Assembly: GCA_045612125.1 (NCBI GenBank)
Contig: JAZKYK010000001.1
Coordinates: 60,596-124,595 of the forward strand
Length of the DNA: 64,000 nucleotides
From: Alloprevotella sp.
GTDB lineage: Bacteria > Bacteroidota > Bacteroidia > Bacteroidales > Bacteroidaceae
Reading direction: 5' to 3'
Positions 50,568-60,843 of the stretch are shown here, piece by piece. Position numbers and translations under genes: made by a program. Position 1 is the stretch's first letter, and the number at the start of each line of letters is the position of its first letter. The notes under the pieces are model-generated. The model searched no databases, had not been told where the DNA came from, and saw only the letters and a list, made by a program, of their open reading frames with translations.

Positions 50568-51782
50568 ATGCAACAAACATTTCCCGTATCAACCATAGAA
50601 GAAGCACTCGAGGATTACAAGCAAGGCAAATTCCTCGTCGTTGTTGACGACGAAGACCGCGAAAACGAGGGCGACCTTATCATGGCAGCAGAATGCTGCA
50701 CCCCCGAGGCTGTAAACTTCATGCTCAAAAACGGACGTGGCGTGCTCTGTGCACCCATCACCCTTGAGCGCTGCAAACAATTGGACTTAGACTTCCAGGT
50801 GCAACGCAACACAAGTATGCTCGGAACGCCCTTTACGGTTACTGTTGACAAGCTCGAAGGTTGTACAACAGGCGTAAGCTGTGCCGACCGCTGTGCCACG
50901 ATCAAGGCTTTGGCTGACCCCAACAGCAAACCCGAAGACTTCGGTCGCCCAGGTCATATCAACCCGCTTTATGCACAGGACCGCGGTGTATTGGCACGTG
51001 CGGGCCACACTGAAGCAGCTGTTGATCTTTCTCGTCTTTGCGGCTTCCAACCCGCTGCATGTTTAATTGAAATCCTTAACGAGGATGGCACGATGGCACG
51101 TATGCCCCAGCTCCAGGAATTTGCAAAGCGCGAAGGTTTGAAGATCATCACCATTAAGGATTTGATTGCTTACCGCCTGCGCCAGGAATGCTTGGTTGAA
51201 AAGGGCGAAGAAGTGGATATGCCCACAGCCTATGGTCACTTCCGCCTCATCCCCTTCCGCCAAAAAAACAACGGTTTGGAACACATCGCACTCATCAAGG
51301 GCGAGTGGGAACCCGGCGAAGAAATTCTCGTACGCGTCCACTCTTCATGTGCCACAGGCGATATCTTCGGCAGTTCACGCTGCGATTGCGGCGAACAGCT
51401 CCACCGCGCCATGAACATGGTTGAAAAAGAAGGCAAGGGCGTGGTGCTCTACCTCAATCAAGAAGGTCGTGGCATCGGACTTATGGCTAAGATCGCGGCC
51501 TACAAACTTCAGGAAGAAGGATTAGACACAGTTGATGCCAACATCCACTTAGGATACGACCCCGACCTGCGCGACTACGGCGTAGGGGCTCAAATCCTGA
51601 ATCTCCTCGGCGTAACAAAAATGCGTCTCATGTCAAACAATCCCGTGAAGCGCGTAGGCCTTGAAGCCTACGGACTTGAAATTGTAGAGAACGTACCCAT
51701 TGAAGTACAACCCAACATCTACAATGAGCGTTACCTCAAAACCAAGAAGGAACGCATGGGACATAACCTCCACTTTAAGTAA
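50568..51782 (+). CDS. ribBA: Bifunctional DHBP synthase / GTP cyclohydrolase II
   Basis: [57 protein letters not shown]. Confidence 0.96.
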   Translation: MQQTFPVSTIEEALEDYKQGKFLVVVDDEDRENEGDLIMAAECCTPEAVNFMLKNGRGVLCAPITLERCKQLDLDFQVQRNTSMLGTPFTVTVDKLEGCTTGVSCADRCATIKALADPNSKPEDFGRPGHINPLYAQDRGVLARAGHTEAAVDLSRLCGFQPAACLIEILNEDGTMARMPQLQEFAKREGLKIITIKDLIAYRLRQECLVEKGEEVDMPTAYGHFRLIPFRQKNNGLEHIALIKGEWEPGEEILVRVHSSCATGDIFGSSRCDCGEQLHRAMNMVEKEGKGVVLYLNQEGRGIGLMAKIAAYKLQEEGLDTVDANIHLGYDPDLRDYGVGAQILNLLGVTKMRLMSNNPVKRVGLEAYGLEIVENVPIEVQPNIYNERYLKTKKERMGHNLHFK

Positions 51783-51792
51783 CGGAAATACA

Positions 51793-51946
51793 AAGTTGAG
51801 AGAGGAGAAATGAGAGTTGAGAGATAAGAGTTTAGAGATGTAGGGGCCGATCCCTGTGTCGGCCCGTCTCAATCCACTAGCAAATCGTGCTAACCTGCAT
51901 CGGCCCGTCGTCAATCAACGTACCTATATCATTTGCAATTGGCGGC
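51793..51946 (+). repeat. Mosaic GTAG-REP/heptamer repeat element, copy 7
   Basis: Heptamers, GTAGGGGCCGATCCCTGTGTCGGCCC at 51840, tail AATCAACGTACCTATATCATTTGCAA shared with copy 4. Confidence 0.85.
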
Positions 51947-52095
51947 CAATCCATTTCTATAGCATCTATAACCTCTATAGCATTTATAGTTTCTATAGCA
52001 TTTATAACCCCATCGCAAAGTATCATTTGCCCGCAAGGCAAAGACGCCGCTTGAACAACACCTCCTCATCCACTCGTCAACGATTCAACCTAACA

Positions 52096-52725
52096 ATGAA
52101 ACATTTAAAAATCATTCTCGTTGGTTTTACGCTGTTGTTTACTCTGGCTTGTGCCAAAACAGAAGAAAGCAGCACGCTTAAGTCCGACAACAATCAAGTG
52201 ATTGAGACCATCATGGCGCGCAGAAGTATTCGCCAATACAAGGCGGAACCGGTGTCACGCGAAATCATGACACAAATTCTGGATTGCGGCATTAATGCGC
52301 CAAACGGCCAAAACAAGCAATCGTGGGAGATCCGAGTGGTGGACAACCCTCAGATTCTTGACAACATGAAACGCGCCATGGCAGAAAGCCATCCCGAAAT
52401 GGACTCTACAGCGGTTGCTGGCTGTTTCCGCGGTGCTCCCGTTATGGTATTTATTGCGCGCGATTGCTCCTACGATTTCTCCGCTTACGACTGCGGTTTA
52501 TTAGCTGAAAACATGATACTCTCAGCGTGGAGTATGGGCGTTGGATCGATTTGTTTGGGCAGTCCAGTGCGCTTCCTCAAAGACAACGAACTGTGCAAGC
52601 CTTTGATAGAACAGCTGGGCTTCAGTCCTGGTTATGAACTTAGCCTGTGCGTTGGCTTCGGCTACGCCAACGAAAGTCCTGAAGCAAAGCCACGCAACAA
52701 AAGCAAGTATAAATTTGTAGACTGA
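52096..52725 (+). CDS. Nitroreductase-family protein with lipoprotein signal
   Basis: RRSIRQY, APNGQNKQSW, ENMILSAWSMGVGS; lipobox TLAC. Confidence 0.88.
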   Translation: MKHLKIILVGFTLLFTLACAKTEESSTLKSDNNQVIETIMARRSIRQYKAEPVSREIMTQILDCGINAPNGQNKQSWEIRVVDNPQILDNMKRAMAESHPEMDSTAVAGCFRGAPVMVFIARDCSYDFSAYDCGLLAENMILSAWSMGVGSICLGSPVRFLKDNELCKPLIEQLGFSPGYELSLCVGFGYANESPEAKPRNKSKYKFVD

Positions 52726-52788
52726 TAGGACATTCTTCTGCTTTAGGGGAAGTTTCGAAAACCATCCGTCGCCTTAAAACACAACATT

Positions 52789-53499
52789 ATGTACAACAAA
52801 ACTTACAACAACTACTCAACATCTGTTGACAAGAGTGCAGCGTTTCCCGCATTAATGCGCAATGTTTACATTTGGATGACCATGGCACTCGCTGTAACTG
52901 GGCTTACTGCAGCCTACGTTTCAAGTTCACCCGCCATCTTACAATACATCTTCACTGGAAAAACCATTTGGCTTCTGGCCCTCGGTGAATTGGGATTAGT
53001 GTGGTATCTCAGTGCACGAATCATGAAAATATCTTTCAGCACAGCAGGAATTCTGTTTGTATTATTCTCAATCCTTAATGGGGTGACGCTGAGCAGTATT
53101 TTCTTGGTTTACACGATGGAATCAATCGCCCTGACGTTCTACATTACGGCAGGAACCTTCGGAGCAATGAGTCTTGTAGGCTATTTCACCAAGAAAGACT
53201 TATCAACAATGGGCCGTTTCTTAGTTATGGCGCTTATTGGCTTAATTATCGCAAGCATTGTTAACCTTTTCATGCAAAGCACAATGCTCATGTGGATCAC
53301 AACCTATGCAGGCGTCTTGATTTTCTGCGGATTAACAGCCTACGACACTCAGAAAATCAAGGACATGTTAATTTTCTACGGCAATGAAACCCACGAAGGC
53401 ACGCTCAAGATTGCACTGATGGGTAGCCTCACACTTTACCTCGACTTTATCAACCTCTTTATTTACTTGCTACGCATCTTCGGAAGCCGTCGCGACTAA
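52789..53499 (+). CDS. Bax inhibitor-1/YccA-family membrane protein
   Basis: VYIWM, TKKDLS, AYDTQKIK, LYLDFINLF. Confidence 0.92.
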   Translation: MYNKTYNNYSTSVDKSAAFPALMRNVYIWMTMALAVTGLTAAYVSSSPAILQYIFTGKTIWLLALGELGLVWYLSARIMKISFSTAGILFVLFSILNGVTLSSIFLVYTMESIALTFYITAGTFGAMSLVGYFTKKDLSTMGRFLVMALIGLIIASIVNLFMQSTMLMWITTYAGVLIFCGLTAYDTQKIKDMLIFYGNETHEGTLKIALMGSLTLYLDFINLFIYLLRIFGSRRD

Positions 53500-53517
53500 C
53501 TTAAACCAACGATAACT

Positions 53518-54711
53518 ATGACACAACTTTCAGCCACAGTTAACCGTCTTGCGCCATCTGCAACACTCGCTATGTCGCAAAAGAGCGCTGAACTCAAGGC
53601 GCAAGGTCTTGATATCATCAACCTCTCAGTGGGCGAACCCGACTTCAACACGCCCGATCACATCAAAGAAGCTGCGAAGAAAGCTATAGACGACAATTAT
53701 TCACGCTACTCGCCCGTCCCTGGTTACCCCGTATTGCGCGAAGCTATCTGTGCTAAGCTCAAAAACGAAAATGGTTTGGACTACACCCCAGCCCAGATCT
53801 CATGTTCTAATGGTGCCAAGCAATGTGTATGTAATGCCGTTATGGCTGTTGCAGCTACTGGCGATGAAGTGATTATTCCTGCGCCCTATTGGGTGAGTTA
53901 CCCACAGATGGTGCTCCTCGCAGACGCCACACCCGTTTACATTGAAGCAGGTATCGAACAAGACTTCAAGATAACCCCCGCTCAACTTGAAGCAGCCATC
54001 ACACCACGCACCAAGGCCATCATCCTCTGTTCACCCAGCAACCCTACTGGTTCGGTTTACACACAGGAAGAACTTGAAGGCCTCGCCGAAGTATTGCGCC
54101 GCCACGAACAAGTGGTCGTTATCTCTGATGAAATCTACGAACACATCAACTACATCGGTGCGCACGCTTCAATCGCAGCTTGCGAAGGCATGAAGGACCG
54201 CACCATCATCATCAACGGTGTTTCTAAGGCTTATGCCATGACCGGTTGGCGCATTGGTTTCCTTGCAGGTCCTGAAGCATTGGTTAAGGCATGCAACAAG
54301 CTTCAAGGTCAATATACTTCAGGTCCTTGCTCTGTAAGCCAAATTGCAGCTGCCGAAGCATTTGCCGGTCCTCAGGACTGCGTTGAAGAAATGCGCAAGG
54401 CTTTCGAACGCCGCAAGGATTTGATCGTGAATCTCACTAAGGAAATCCCCGGACTCGAAGTAAACAACCCAACTGGTGCTTTCTACCTCTTCCCCAAGTG
54501 CAGCAGTTACTTTGGCAAGACCGATGGCAAGACAACCATCAACAACTCTATGGACTTTGCCATGTACCTTCTTGAAGAAGCGCACGTTGCAACAGTAGGT
54601 GGCGATGCTTTTGGTTCACCCGAATGCTTCCGCATGAGCTATGCAACAAGCGATGAGAACATCGTTGAAGCCATCAGCCGCATCAAAAACGCTTTGGCAA
54701 AATTGAAATAA
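53518..54711 (+). CDS. aspC: Class I PLP-dependent (aspartate) aminotransferase
   Basis: GEPDF.TP, NGAKQ, PYWVSY, SPSNPTG, SDEIY, SKAYAMTGWRIG. Confidence 0.92.
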   Translation: MTQLSATVNRLAPSATLAMSQKSAELKAQGLDIINLSVGEPDFNTPDHIKEAAKKAIDDNYSRYSPVPGYPVLREAICAKLKNENGLDYTPAQISCSNGAKQCVCNAVMAVAATGDEVIIPAPYWVSYPQMVLLADATPVYIEAGIEQDFKITPAQLEAAITPRTKAIILCSPSNPTGSVYTQEELEGLAEVLRRHEQVVVISDEIYEHINYIGAHASIAACEGMKDRTIIINGVSKAYAMTGWRIGFLAGPEALVKACNKLQGQYTSGPCSVSQIAAAEAFAGPQDCVEEMRKAFERRKDLIVNLTKEIPGLEVNNPTGAFYLFPKCSSYFGKTDGKTTINNSMDFAMYLLEEAHVATVGGDAFGSPECFRMSYATSDENIVEAISRIKNALAKLK

Positions 54712-54724
54712 ACATTACTCATAT

Positions 54725-54767
54725 ATAAATAGGGCGTGTCAAACGATATTGACACGCCCTATTTTAT
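54725..54767. terminator. Terminator after aspC
   Basis: AAATAGGGCGTGTCAA...TTGACACGCCCTATTT. Confidence 0.8.
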
Positions 54768-55068
54768 ATTATCGCTGTCTGCTAAAACGTTCAAATCACA
54801 TAAACTAAATTATAGCTGTCAGGTAAACATACTTAACACGTTTGTTTATAACCTATTATACACATTCAGTTTCTTATAAACCGCATGATCAAAACGCTGA
54901 AGGGCGTCTCCGCTCAGTAAGCGTTTTCCTTTCGTCACCGTCGTTTGGTTAACCAAAACGTTGTCTTAGAAAGCTCCAAAAACAATGAAATCCGACAAAG
55001 AGCAGGAGCATTTTAAACATTCTAAAACATTTTTTAAGTTTTACTTGAATGTTTTAATTTTTATTTAT

Positions 55069-55076
55069 TACATTTG
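55069..55076 (+). promoter_or_regulatory. -7 promoter box for the surface-protein cluster
   Basis: TACATTTG in AT-rich context about 400 nt upstream of ATG 55479. Confidence 0.65.
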
Positions 55077-55175
55077 CAAGGTCACAATGGCTATTTCTAT
55101 CTTTCGAGAATAAGATTAGAATAGATTATTGGGCACATATCATATTAAGGCGTTTACTTGAACGCTTTGTTCTTT

Positions 55176-55409
55176 ACACTCTGAAATCTACCAGTTTCAT
55201 TCCGTCAAAGACAAGGCTACAGTGAATGTCCATGGGATAGGTATATCTATACATATCCCAGGCACCTGTATTTTATATATGGGTGCTTTGGGATTGTAAT
55301 ATTACTATATCTGCGTGGGATTCAGTAGTTGTTCGTTTCGACGGTAAGGTTTTGGTAGAACCTCAGAGTGTGGGACGAGTGACAAAGACTGACACCCACG
55401 CTTTTTTTG
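55176..55409 (+). ncRNA. Putative structured cis-regulatory leader RNA with terminator-like hairpin
   Basis: Nested long-range pairings (ACACTCTGA/TCAGAGTGT, TCTACCA/TGGTAGA, CCGTCAAAGAC/GTTTCGACGG), two inner hairpins, then GTGTGGG...CCCACGC followed by T7. Confidence 0.6.
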
Positions 55410-55478
55410 TATCTATACTTCAAAGACAACAATTAACCAATCGGACTCGGGTGTTCGCCGATACAAAAACAAACGATT

Positions 55479-56147
55479 ATGAAAAAGATTTCAATTTTGG
55501 CAGTGATTGGCGGTGCAATGCTTTTAGGTTCTTGTGGAGGTTCAAAGCAAATGGTTACTTATACGCCACAACCTATACAAGCACCTGTTGCTTCTCCATA
55601 TAATGGAACGATCATAGAAGAAGACCCAGTTGGTGATTTGGTTAAACAATTTACAGCTGATGGTTACAAATCTCAGTCGATGGCTTATACGATGAGAGAA
55701 ATAATCAACAAATTCCGTACAAAAGTCCAATCCAATGAAAATTTAGTTGAGATTATTAGTGATGGTTCTGGAGCATCTTCATTTGCAGCTGAGATGTCTG
55801 CAGCCAATGCTGCTTGTCTTAAGTATGCCACTCAAGCAGGTAGCGTTGTCCGAGGTGGTATGGAAAGAGATTTTGGTTCTTTAGGAAAGGACTACGACAA
55901 TTTTCATGGAACTTATGTACAGAATGTTGCTAAGTTTGTTATGCCTTTATTAAAAGCAGAGATGACGTTTGTAAAAAAGGAACAAAACAAATATTTTGTT
56001 AGAATTGGTTACACTCTTGACGAAGTTAAGGCCGCACAAGCACGTAACAATGCATTTAATGAAGCATTGCAAGATGAAGCAAATGGTCAAATTTTTGGAG
56101 AACAAGCAAGAAAATATGTCAATGAAATTGTAAGACCTGAAGAATAA
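55479..56147 (+). CDS. Lipoprotein of unknown function (LPP20-like)
   Basis: Lipobox LGSC-GG; A..SA.NAA...YA helix pattern. Confidence 0.75.
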   Translation: MKKISILAVIGGAMLLGSCGGSKQMVTYTPQPIQAPVASPYNGTIIEEDPVGDLVKQFTADGYKSQSMAYTMREIINKFRTKVQSNENLVEIISDGSGASSFAAEMSAANAACLKYATQAGSVVRGGMERDFGSLGKDYDNFHGTYVQNVAKFVMPLLKAEMTFVKKEQNKYFVRIGYTLDEVKAAQARNNAFNEALQDEANGQIFGEQARKYVNEIVRPEE

Positions 56148-56148
56148 T

Positions 56149-57015
56149 ATGAAACAGTTTTTCTTAATATGTCTTTGCATGATGATGTCTCTTCCCTCAT
56201 TTTGTAAAGTACTGAAACATTCAGAAAATACAGAATGGATGAGATGTGGTGAAGAAAAACTTAATGCAAGTCGCTCAAACACTTCTTATTACTTTAAGAT
56301 TGTTAAAATTTCATCGGAAAGTCTTGAGAGTGCACGCAATCAAAAAGTAAATCAATTAGGAGTATCTCTTGGGACTCGTAATCAATTGTCCGGCAAGACT
56401 TTGACTGAAATAGAAACCGTTTCTGGAGATACACCTGTTAGCAAAGAAACCTTCAAACTTATCTTTGGCAACAAAATTGAAAGTGATGTTTTCTATACAA
56501 GATTCATAGATGAGTATTGGGAATACATTTCGTACCCAGATGGTAGTCGAGGATATGAATATTATGCATTATTTGCTGTATCTCAGACTGCTAATGCGCC
56601 TATTTATGATGAATTTTCAACAACGACTTCATATGGTGTTAAACCTGTTGTTATGTCATTAGTTCCTGGGTGGGGACAAATGTACAAAGGTAGCAAAACG
56701 AAGGGTATTGTAATCCTTGCCGCAGAAGTTGCAGCTATTGGTGGTATCATCTTCACAGAAAATGAACGTGCGTCTTATGAATCAAAGATGTTGAGCCAAC
56801 CTAAATTTGCCAAGCAATATAAGAGCAAGGTTGACAATTACGAAACAGCAAGAAATTGTTGTATTGGTGCAGCTGCAGCCATCTATATCTACAACTTGAT
56901 TGACGCAGCTGTGTCACCTGGTGCACGCAGAGTTGTTATTAAACCGCGTCATTTACAGATTGCGCCTTCTGTTTCAAAAGATTTTACTGGTTTTAGCCTC
57001 TGTTACAATTTTTAA
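56149..57015 (+). CDS. Exported/membrane protein with C-terminal S.VPGWGQ.YKG (DUF5683-like) domain
   Basis: Signal peptide; MSLVPGWGQMYKG..KG; IYIYNLIDA; terminal aromatic residue. Confidence 0.72.
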   Translation: MKQFFLICLCMMMSLPSFCKVLKHSENTEWMRCGEEKLNASRSNTSYYFKIVKISSESLESARNQKVNQLGVSLGTRNQLSGKTLTEIETVSGDTPVSKETFKLIFGNKIESDVFYTRFIDEYWEYISYPDGSRGYEYYALFAVSQTANAPIYDEFSTTTSYGVKPVVMSLVPGWGQMYKGSKTKGIVILAAEVAAIGGIIFTENERASYESKMLSQPKFAKQYKSKVDNYETARNCCIGAAAAIYIYNLIDAAVSPGARRVVIKPRHLQIAPSVSKDFTGFSLCYNF

Positions 57016-57195
57016 AAGGAAGTAAGCAAAATCATTAGAGACAACTCATATAAGTGCAAAAAATGCGTTAGCTTGCGAGTGAATCAAAACATTTCCATAG
57101 ATACAAAACTACTCTGTTTTTAATATTCACACGCAGACTAACGCATATTATTATATATAACCATTCGCTTTATAAGTTCAATATCCCAACATCCG

Positions 57196-58119
57196 ATGCC
57201 AACATCTCTTCGCACATATATTCTTGTAATATTTCTTTTCGTCATTCAGCAGTGTGCTTTTGGACAAACCACTCCTCCCGAATGGTTTACCTATCCTAAG
57301 GATGGTGAATATGTGGGCGTTTCAATTAAAGGGAATGATGATTTTGATTCACAGGAGTGTGAAATTAAATCAGCCGTCATATCTGCTTTTATGTCGTATT
57401 TCTTGCAAAATGCTGTAAATGGAGTTAGGTTTAATCATCTCATTCAAAGTATTAAAGATGGGGAATGCATAACACAAGACCATCACACAGAGATTACCTA
57501 CAACACCGTTATAGGCTATGATTTAGTACGTTTAGAAAAGGACGCTGAAGGACATCTTTGGGTAGCCATCAAACCGATTACCGATCAAAGATCTCACAAC
57601 TTGGGGCATTTCAGTTGTTCCATTCAACAATACGCCCAAGTAAAGGAAGAAAACGACAAATCATTATGTGCTTTCAAGTATGGTGTACTCTGTAAATATA
57701 AATCAATATCAGGTGACAGCATTGTTTTGGACATGAGTTGTGAAGAAAAGCACAACAATCAAGAACCTGACCAATTCAATCAACACATCTTGTATCAGAT
57801 TAAGACAAAAGAATCACGTTATCATATTGGATTGGAAGAAGGTATGCAAACGCTTAGGCACTGCAGCCAACCAAGTGCCTTGATATCACAAAAAGTTTCA
57901 ACTAAAGGTTTGGGACACATTGAACCTAAGACTGAAACTTCTACCGACGTTAGCATAAGCTATTGGCTCTGTAATATAAAGACCTTGCTGGATACTGATT
58001 TATACGAAGAGGATCATCAATCTGATGCCAAGCTTTTAGTTAATACTTTTAATAAAAAAGCAACGAAAACCCATGCCACGTTCTTTCATAAGAACACATG
58101 TTTCATGTACAATCAATAA
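57196..58119 (+). CDS. Hypothetical exported protein
   Basis: Signal peptide followed by P.WF......EYVGVS; flanked by hairpins on both sides. Confidence 0.65.
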   Translation: MPTSLRTYILVIFLFVIQQCAFGQTTPPEWFTYPKDGEYVGVSIKGNDDFDSQECEIKSAVISAFMSYFLQNAVNGVRFNHLIQSIKDGECITQDHHTEITYNTVIGYDLVRLEKDAEGHLWVAIKPITDQRSHNLGHFSCSIQQYAQVKEENDKSLCAFKYGVLCKYKSISGDSIVLDMSCEEKHNNQEPDQFNQHILYQIKTKESRYHIGLEEGMQTLRHCSQPSALISQKVSTKGLGHIEPKTETSTDVSISYWLCNIKTLLDTDLYEEDHQSDAKLLVNTFNKKATKTHATFFHKNTCFMYNQ

Positions 58120-58142
58120 AACTATTGAGACATATAACTCGG

Positions 58143-58182
58143 AAAAAGGTGGTGAGCCTTTTACAGACACACCACCTTTTTT
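58143..58182. terminator. Bidirectional terminator
   Basis: AAAAAGGTGGTG...CACCACCTTTTTT. Confidence 0.75.
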
Positions 58183-58346
58183 AATCTAGGTTTTAAATTC
58201 CCCATAAATCATTAATCATGCTGAATATTTAATATCGTTTTTATCTGGTTGTTTTCCGACAAAGCGACAAGTTGATAAGAACCCTGTTTGAATCATTAAC
58301 AGCACCCACCTTAATCCTATTCATAACGGATTCGAATAAAATCATT

Positions 58347-60836
58347 ATGAAGATTGACTTAAATAAAATAGCACTATATCCTGTACTATTATTGTCCTTG
58401 TTGTTTCTTACAAATTGCAGCAAGGACATTGAGGCATTTACAGGAAACATTATAGGCAATGTCACTGATGCAGAAACAGGAGCACCACTTGACAAGGCCA
58501 TCATTACGATTTCGCCAACAGGACAAAGCACTCAAACAACGGCTGATGGGCATTACGATTTTCTTGACCTTCAAGCGCAAGCCTATGTTGTTACGGCAAG
58601 CAAAAGCAATTACAACACCGAAAACAAAAACATCGTTGTTGAAATTGGCAAAGACAACCGTTTGGATTTTGCACTCCGCCCTTCACGCCCTGTTCTGGAA
58701 ATCAATCAAGAAACCATGGATTTCGGGAACGACGCAACGTCCTTAACGCTTAACATCAAGAACAAAGGCTTTGCCAAACTTAATTGGCAAATCAGTGAAG
58801 ACATCACATGGCTTTCATGTACGCCGACATCAGGCGAACTATCGCCAGATGCCAGCAAGGGTGTCGTGGTCAATGTTGATCGCACTGGTTTAGAGGTTGG
58901 TCAACACAGCCAAACCATTGCCATTGTTTCAGACGGTGGTAATGCCGTTGTGCGTGTCAAGGTTTCCGTACGTGGCATGACGGTCAACGTATCGCCACAA
59001 GAATTGGATTTTGGTACAACCACAAGCACTTTGCCCTTAACCCTAAGCGGGGACAATAGCGTGACTTACACCTTAACGCCTTCAAACGACTGGATTATTC
59101 CCAACAAAACATCAGGTACGTTTTCAAAAACGGAAAACATCATCGTAGCCGTAAACCGTACGGACCATGCAGAAGGTCAATATGAAGGAAACTTGTCCTT
59201 AAGAGTGGGTGAACACAGCAAGAATATTCCTGTCAGAATGACCATCCTGGCCAAGGAAGCCCCAACAACGACTTTACTTCAGGTGAATAACATCACTTCA
59301 TCTTCAGCAACATTTAAAGGTGCCATCGTAAGCATTGGGAGTTCAAAAGTCAACAACTATGGATTTTGCTGGGGAAAAACTGAAAATCCAGACATCTTAA
59401 ATTCAGAATACTGCAACTTCGGTGATTGCTCTAACGCTGTTGATATGACCTACAACGCCAGTCCGTTGGAAGCCAACACCACCTATTTCGTACGGGCTTA
59501 TGCTGAAAACAATGAGGGCATCAGCTACAGCAACCAACTTAAATTCACCACTGAGAAACCCGAACAAGCACCTGTTGTTGAAACGGGCGAAACGGTGAGC
59601 ATCAAAAGTTCTGAAGCTGAAATAAAAGGAAAGATTGTGGAGGTGGGCGACAAGAAAGGTATTCTTCAGTACGGCCATGTATGGAGTCGTATGCCAGAAC
59701 CCACCATCAACAATCAAAAAACAGAATTAGGCACAACAAGTGCCACGGGACCTTACATTTCAACGCTCTCCGGACTTGAGCCCAACACGGCTTACCATGT
59801 TCGCGCCTATGCCACCAACAGCATTGGCACTTCGTACGGCGAAGCCATCACGATAACGACTACACCCGACATCGTAACGCTCACCACCACGCCCGCAAGC
59901 AACATCATCCACAATTCGGCAACTGTGGGCGGTAGCATTTCATATCTTGGTGGACACACCATCGTTGAGCGCGGGGTATGCTGGAGCACAGATCAAAACC
60001 CGACCATCAAAAATTCATTCACGGCTTCAACCGAAACGACCAACCGCTTTAGCGTGCGCCTTGAAGGTCTTCAAGAATTGACGCAGTATCATGCCCGTGC
60101 GTATGTAGTGACACAAACAAACGATGTGTATTATGGCAATAACATCAGTTTCTCAACCACACACGAAATTCATTTAGCCCAAGCCGACGAAACAAAAATC
60201 TCAAATATTGGCACCACCTCAGCCTCATTCTCAAGCACCATCCTCAGCGATGGCGATGGCAACATTGCCTACTGCGGTTTTTGTTATGCACGCACCCCAA
60301 ATCCAACGGTTGACAACACTAAGGTAAGCTGCGGAAAACGAATGGGCACGTTCTATGCGAACATCAAGAACTTGAACGAAAACACAACGTATTACGTACG
60401 GGCATATGTAGTGAACGAGGCAGGCATCGCCTATGGTGCTGAAAGTAATTTTGCTACATTAGAAATCCTTCCCCCCACGTTATCAGCCATAACCATCAAC
60501 AAGGTAACACACAAGTCAACTTCATTGCAAGCTGAAATCTTATCAGAGGGTAATGGCACAATCAGCGACTGTGGCTTTGTGTACTCCATCAATCCCAATC
60601 CCGGGTTAACCCACCACAAGGTGAGTTGTGGCACTTCGCTCACCATGGCAACACGCATAGATGCACTCTTAGCCAACACAACTTATTATGTGCGTGCTTA
60701 TGCCACCAACGAAAAGGGCACAACCTTTAGCGAAGAAATCAGCTTCACCACAAAAGAACAGCCCAAGGGTAGCAGTATCGACGTGAACGATGGCTACGAA
60801 ACGGAAAACGATTGGGACAAAAACAACAATAAATAA
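58347..60836 (+). CDS. Lipoprotein with carboxypeptidase-regulatory-like, BACON/Ig-like and five FN3-like domains
   Basis: Lipobox LTNC; G.I.G.VTDA.TG.PL; W....WLS.TP.SG; five GFCW/G.VW...P....L..NT.Y.VRAYA.N..G..Y units. Confidence 0.82.
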   Translation: MKIDLNKIALYPVLLLSLLFLTNCSKDIEAFTGNIIGNVTDAETGAPLDKAIITISPTGQSTQTTADGHYDFLDLQAQAYVVTASKSNYNTENKNIVVEIGKDNRLDFALRPSRPVLEINQETMDFGNDATSLTLNIKNKGFAKLNWQISEDITWLSCTPTSGELSPDASKGVVVNVDRTGLEVGQHSQTIAIVSDGGNAVVRVKVSVRGMTVNVSPQELDFGTTTSTLPLTLSGDNSVTYTLTPSNDWIIPNKTSGTFSKTENIIVAVNRTDHAEGQYEGNLSLRVGEHSKNIPVRMTILAKEAPTTTLLQVNNITSSSATFKGAIVSIGSSKVNNYGFCWGKTENPDILNSEYCNFGDCSNAVDMTYNASPLEANTTYFVRAYAENNEGISYSNQLKFTTEKPEQAPVVETGETVSIKSSEAEIKGKIVEVGDKKGILQYGHVWSRMPEPTINNQKTELGTTSATGPYISTLSGLEPNTAYHVRAYATNSIGTSYGEAITITTTPDIVTLTTTPASNIIHNSATVGGSISYLGGHTIVERGVCWSTDQNPTIKNSFTASTETTNRFSVRLEGLQELTQYHARAYVVTQTNDVYYGNNISFSTTHEIHLAQADETKISNIGTTSASFSSTILSDGDGNIAYCGFCYARTPNPTVDNTKVSCGKRMGTFYANIKNLNENTTYYVRAYVVNEAGIAYGAESNFATLEILPPTLSAITINKVTHKSTSLQAEILSEGNGTISDCGFVYSINPNPGLTHHKVSCGTSLTMATRIDALLANTTYYVRAYATNEKGTTFSEEISFTTKEQPKGSSIDVNDGYETENDWDKNNNK

Positions 60837-60843
60837 GGGAATC

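Noticed and set aside
55283..55603. 106-aa ORF overlapping the structured leader
   Set aside because: GTG start, out of frame with the lipoprotein gene it overlaps, no motifs; the sequence is better explained by RNA structure
57063..57147. Integron attC site
   Set aside because: Order is GTTAG...CTAAC, the reverse of attC (RYYYAAC...GTTRRRY), and no integron integrase is present
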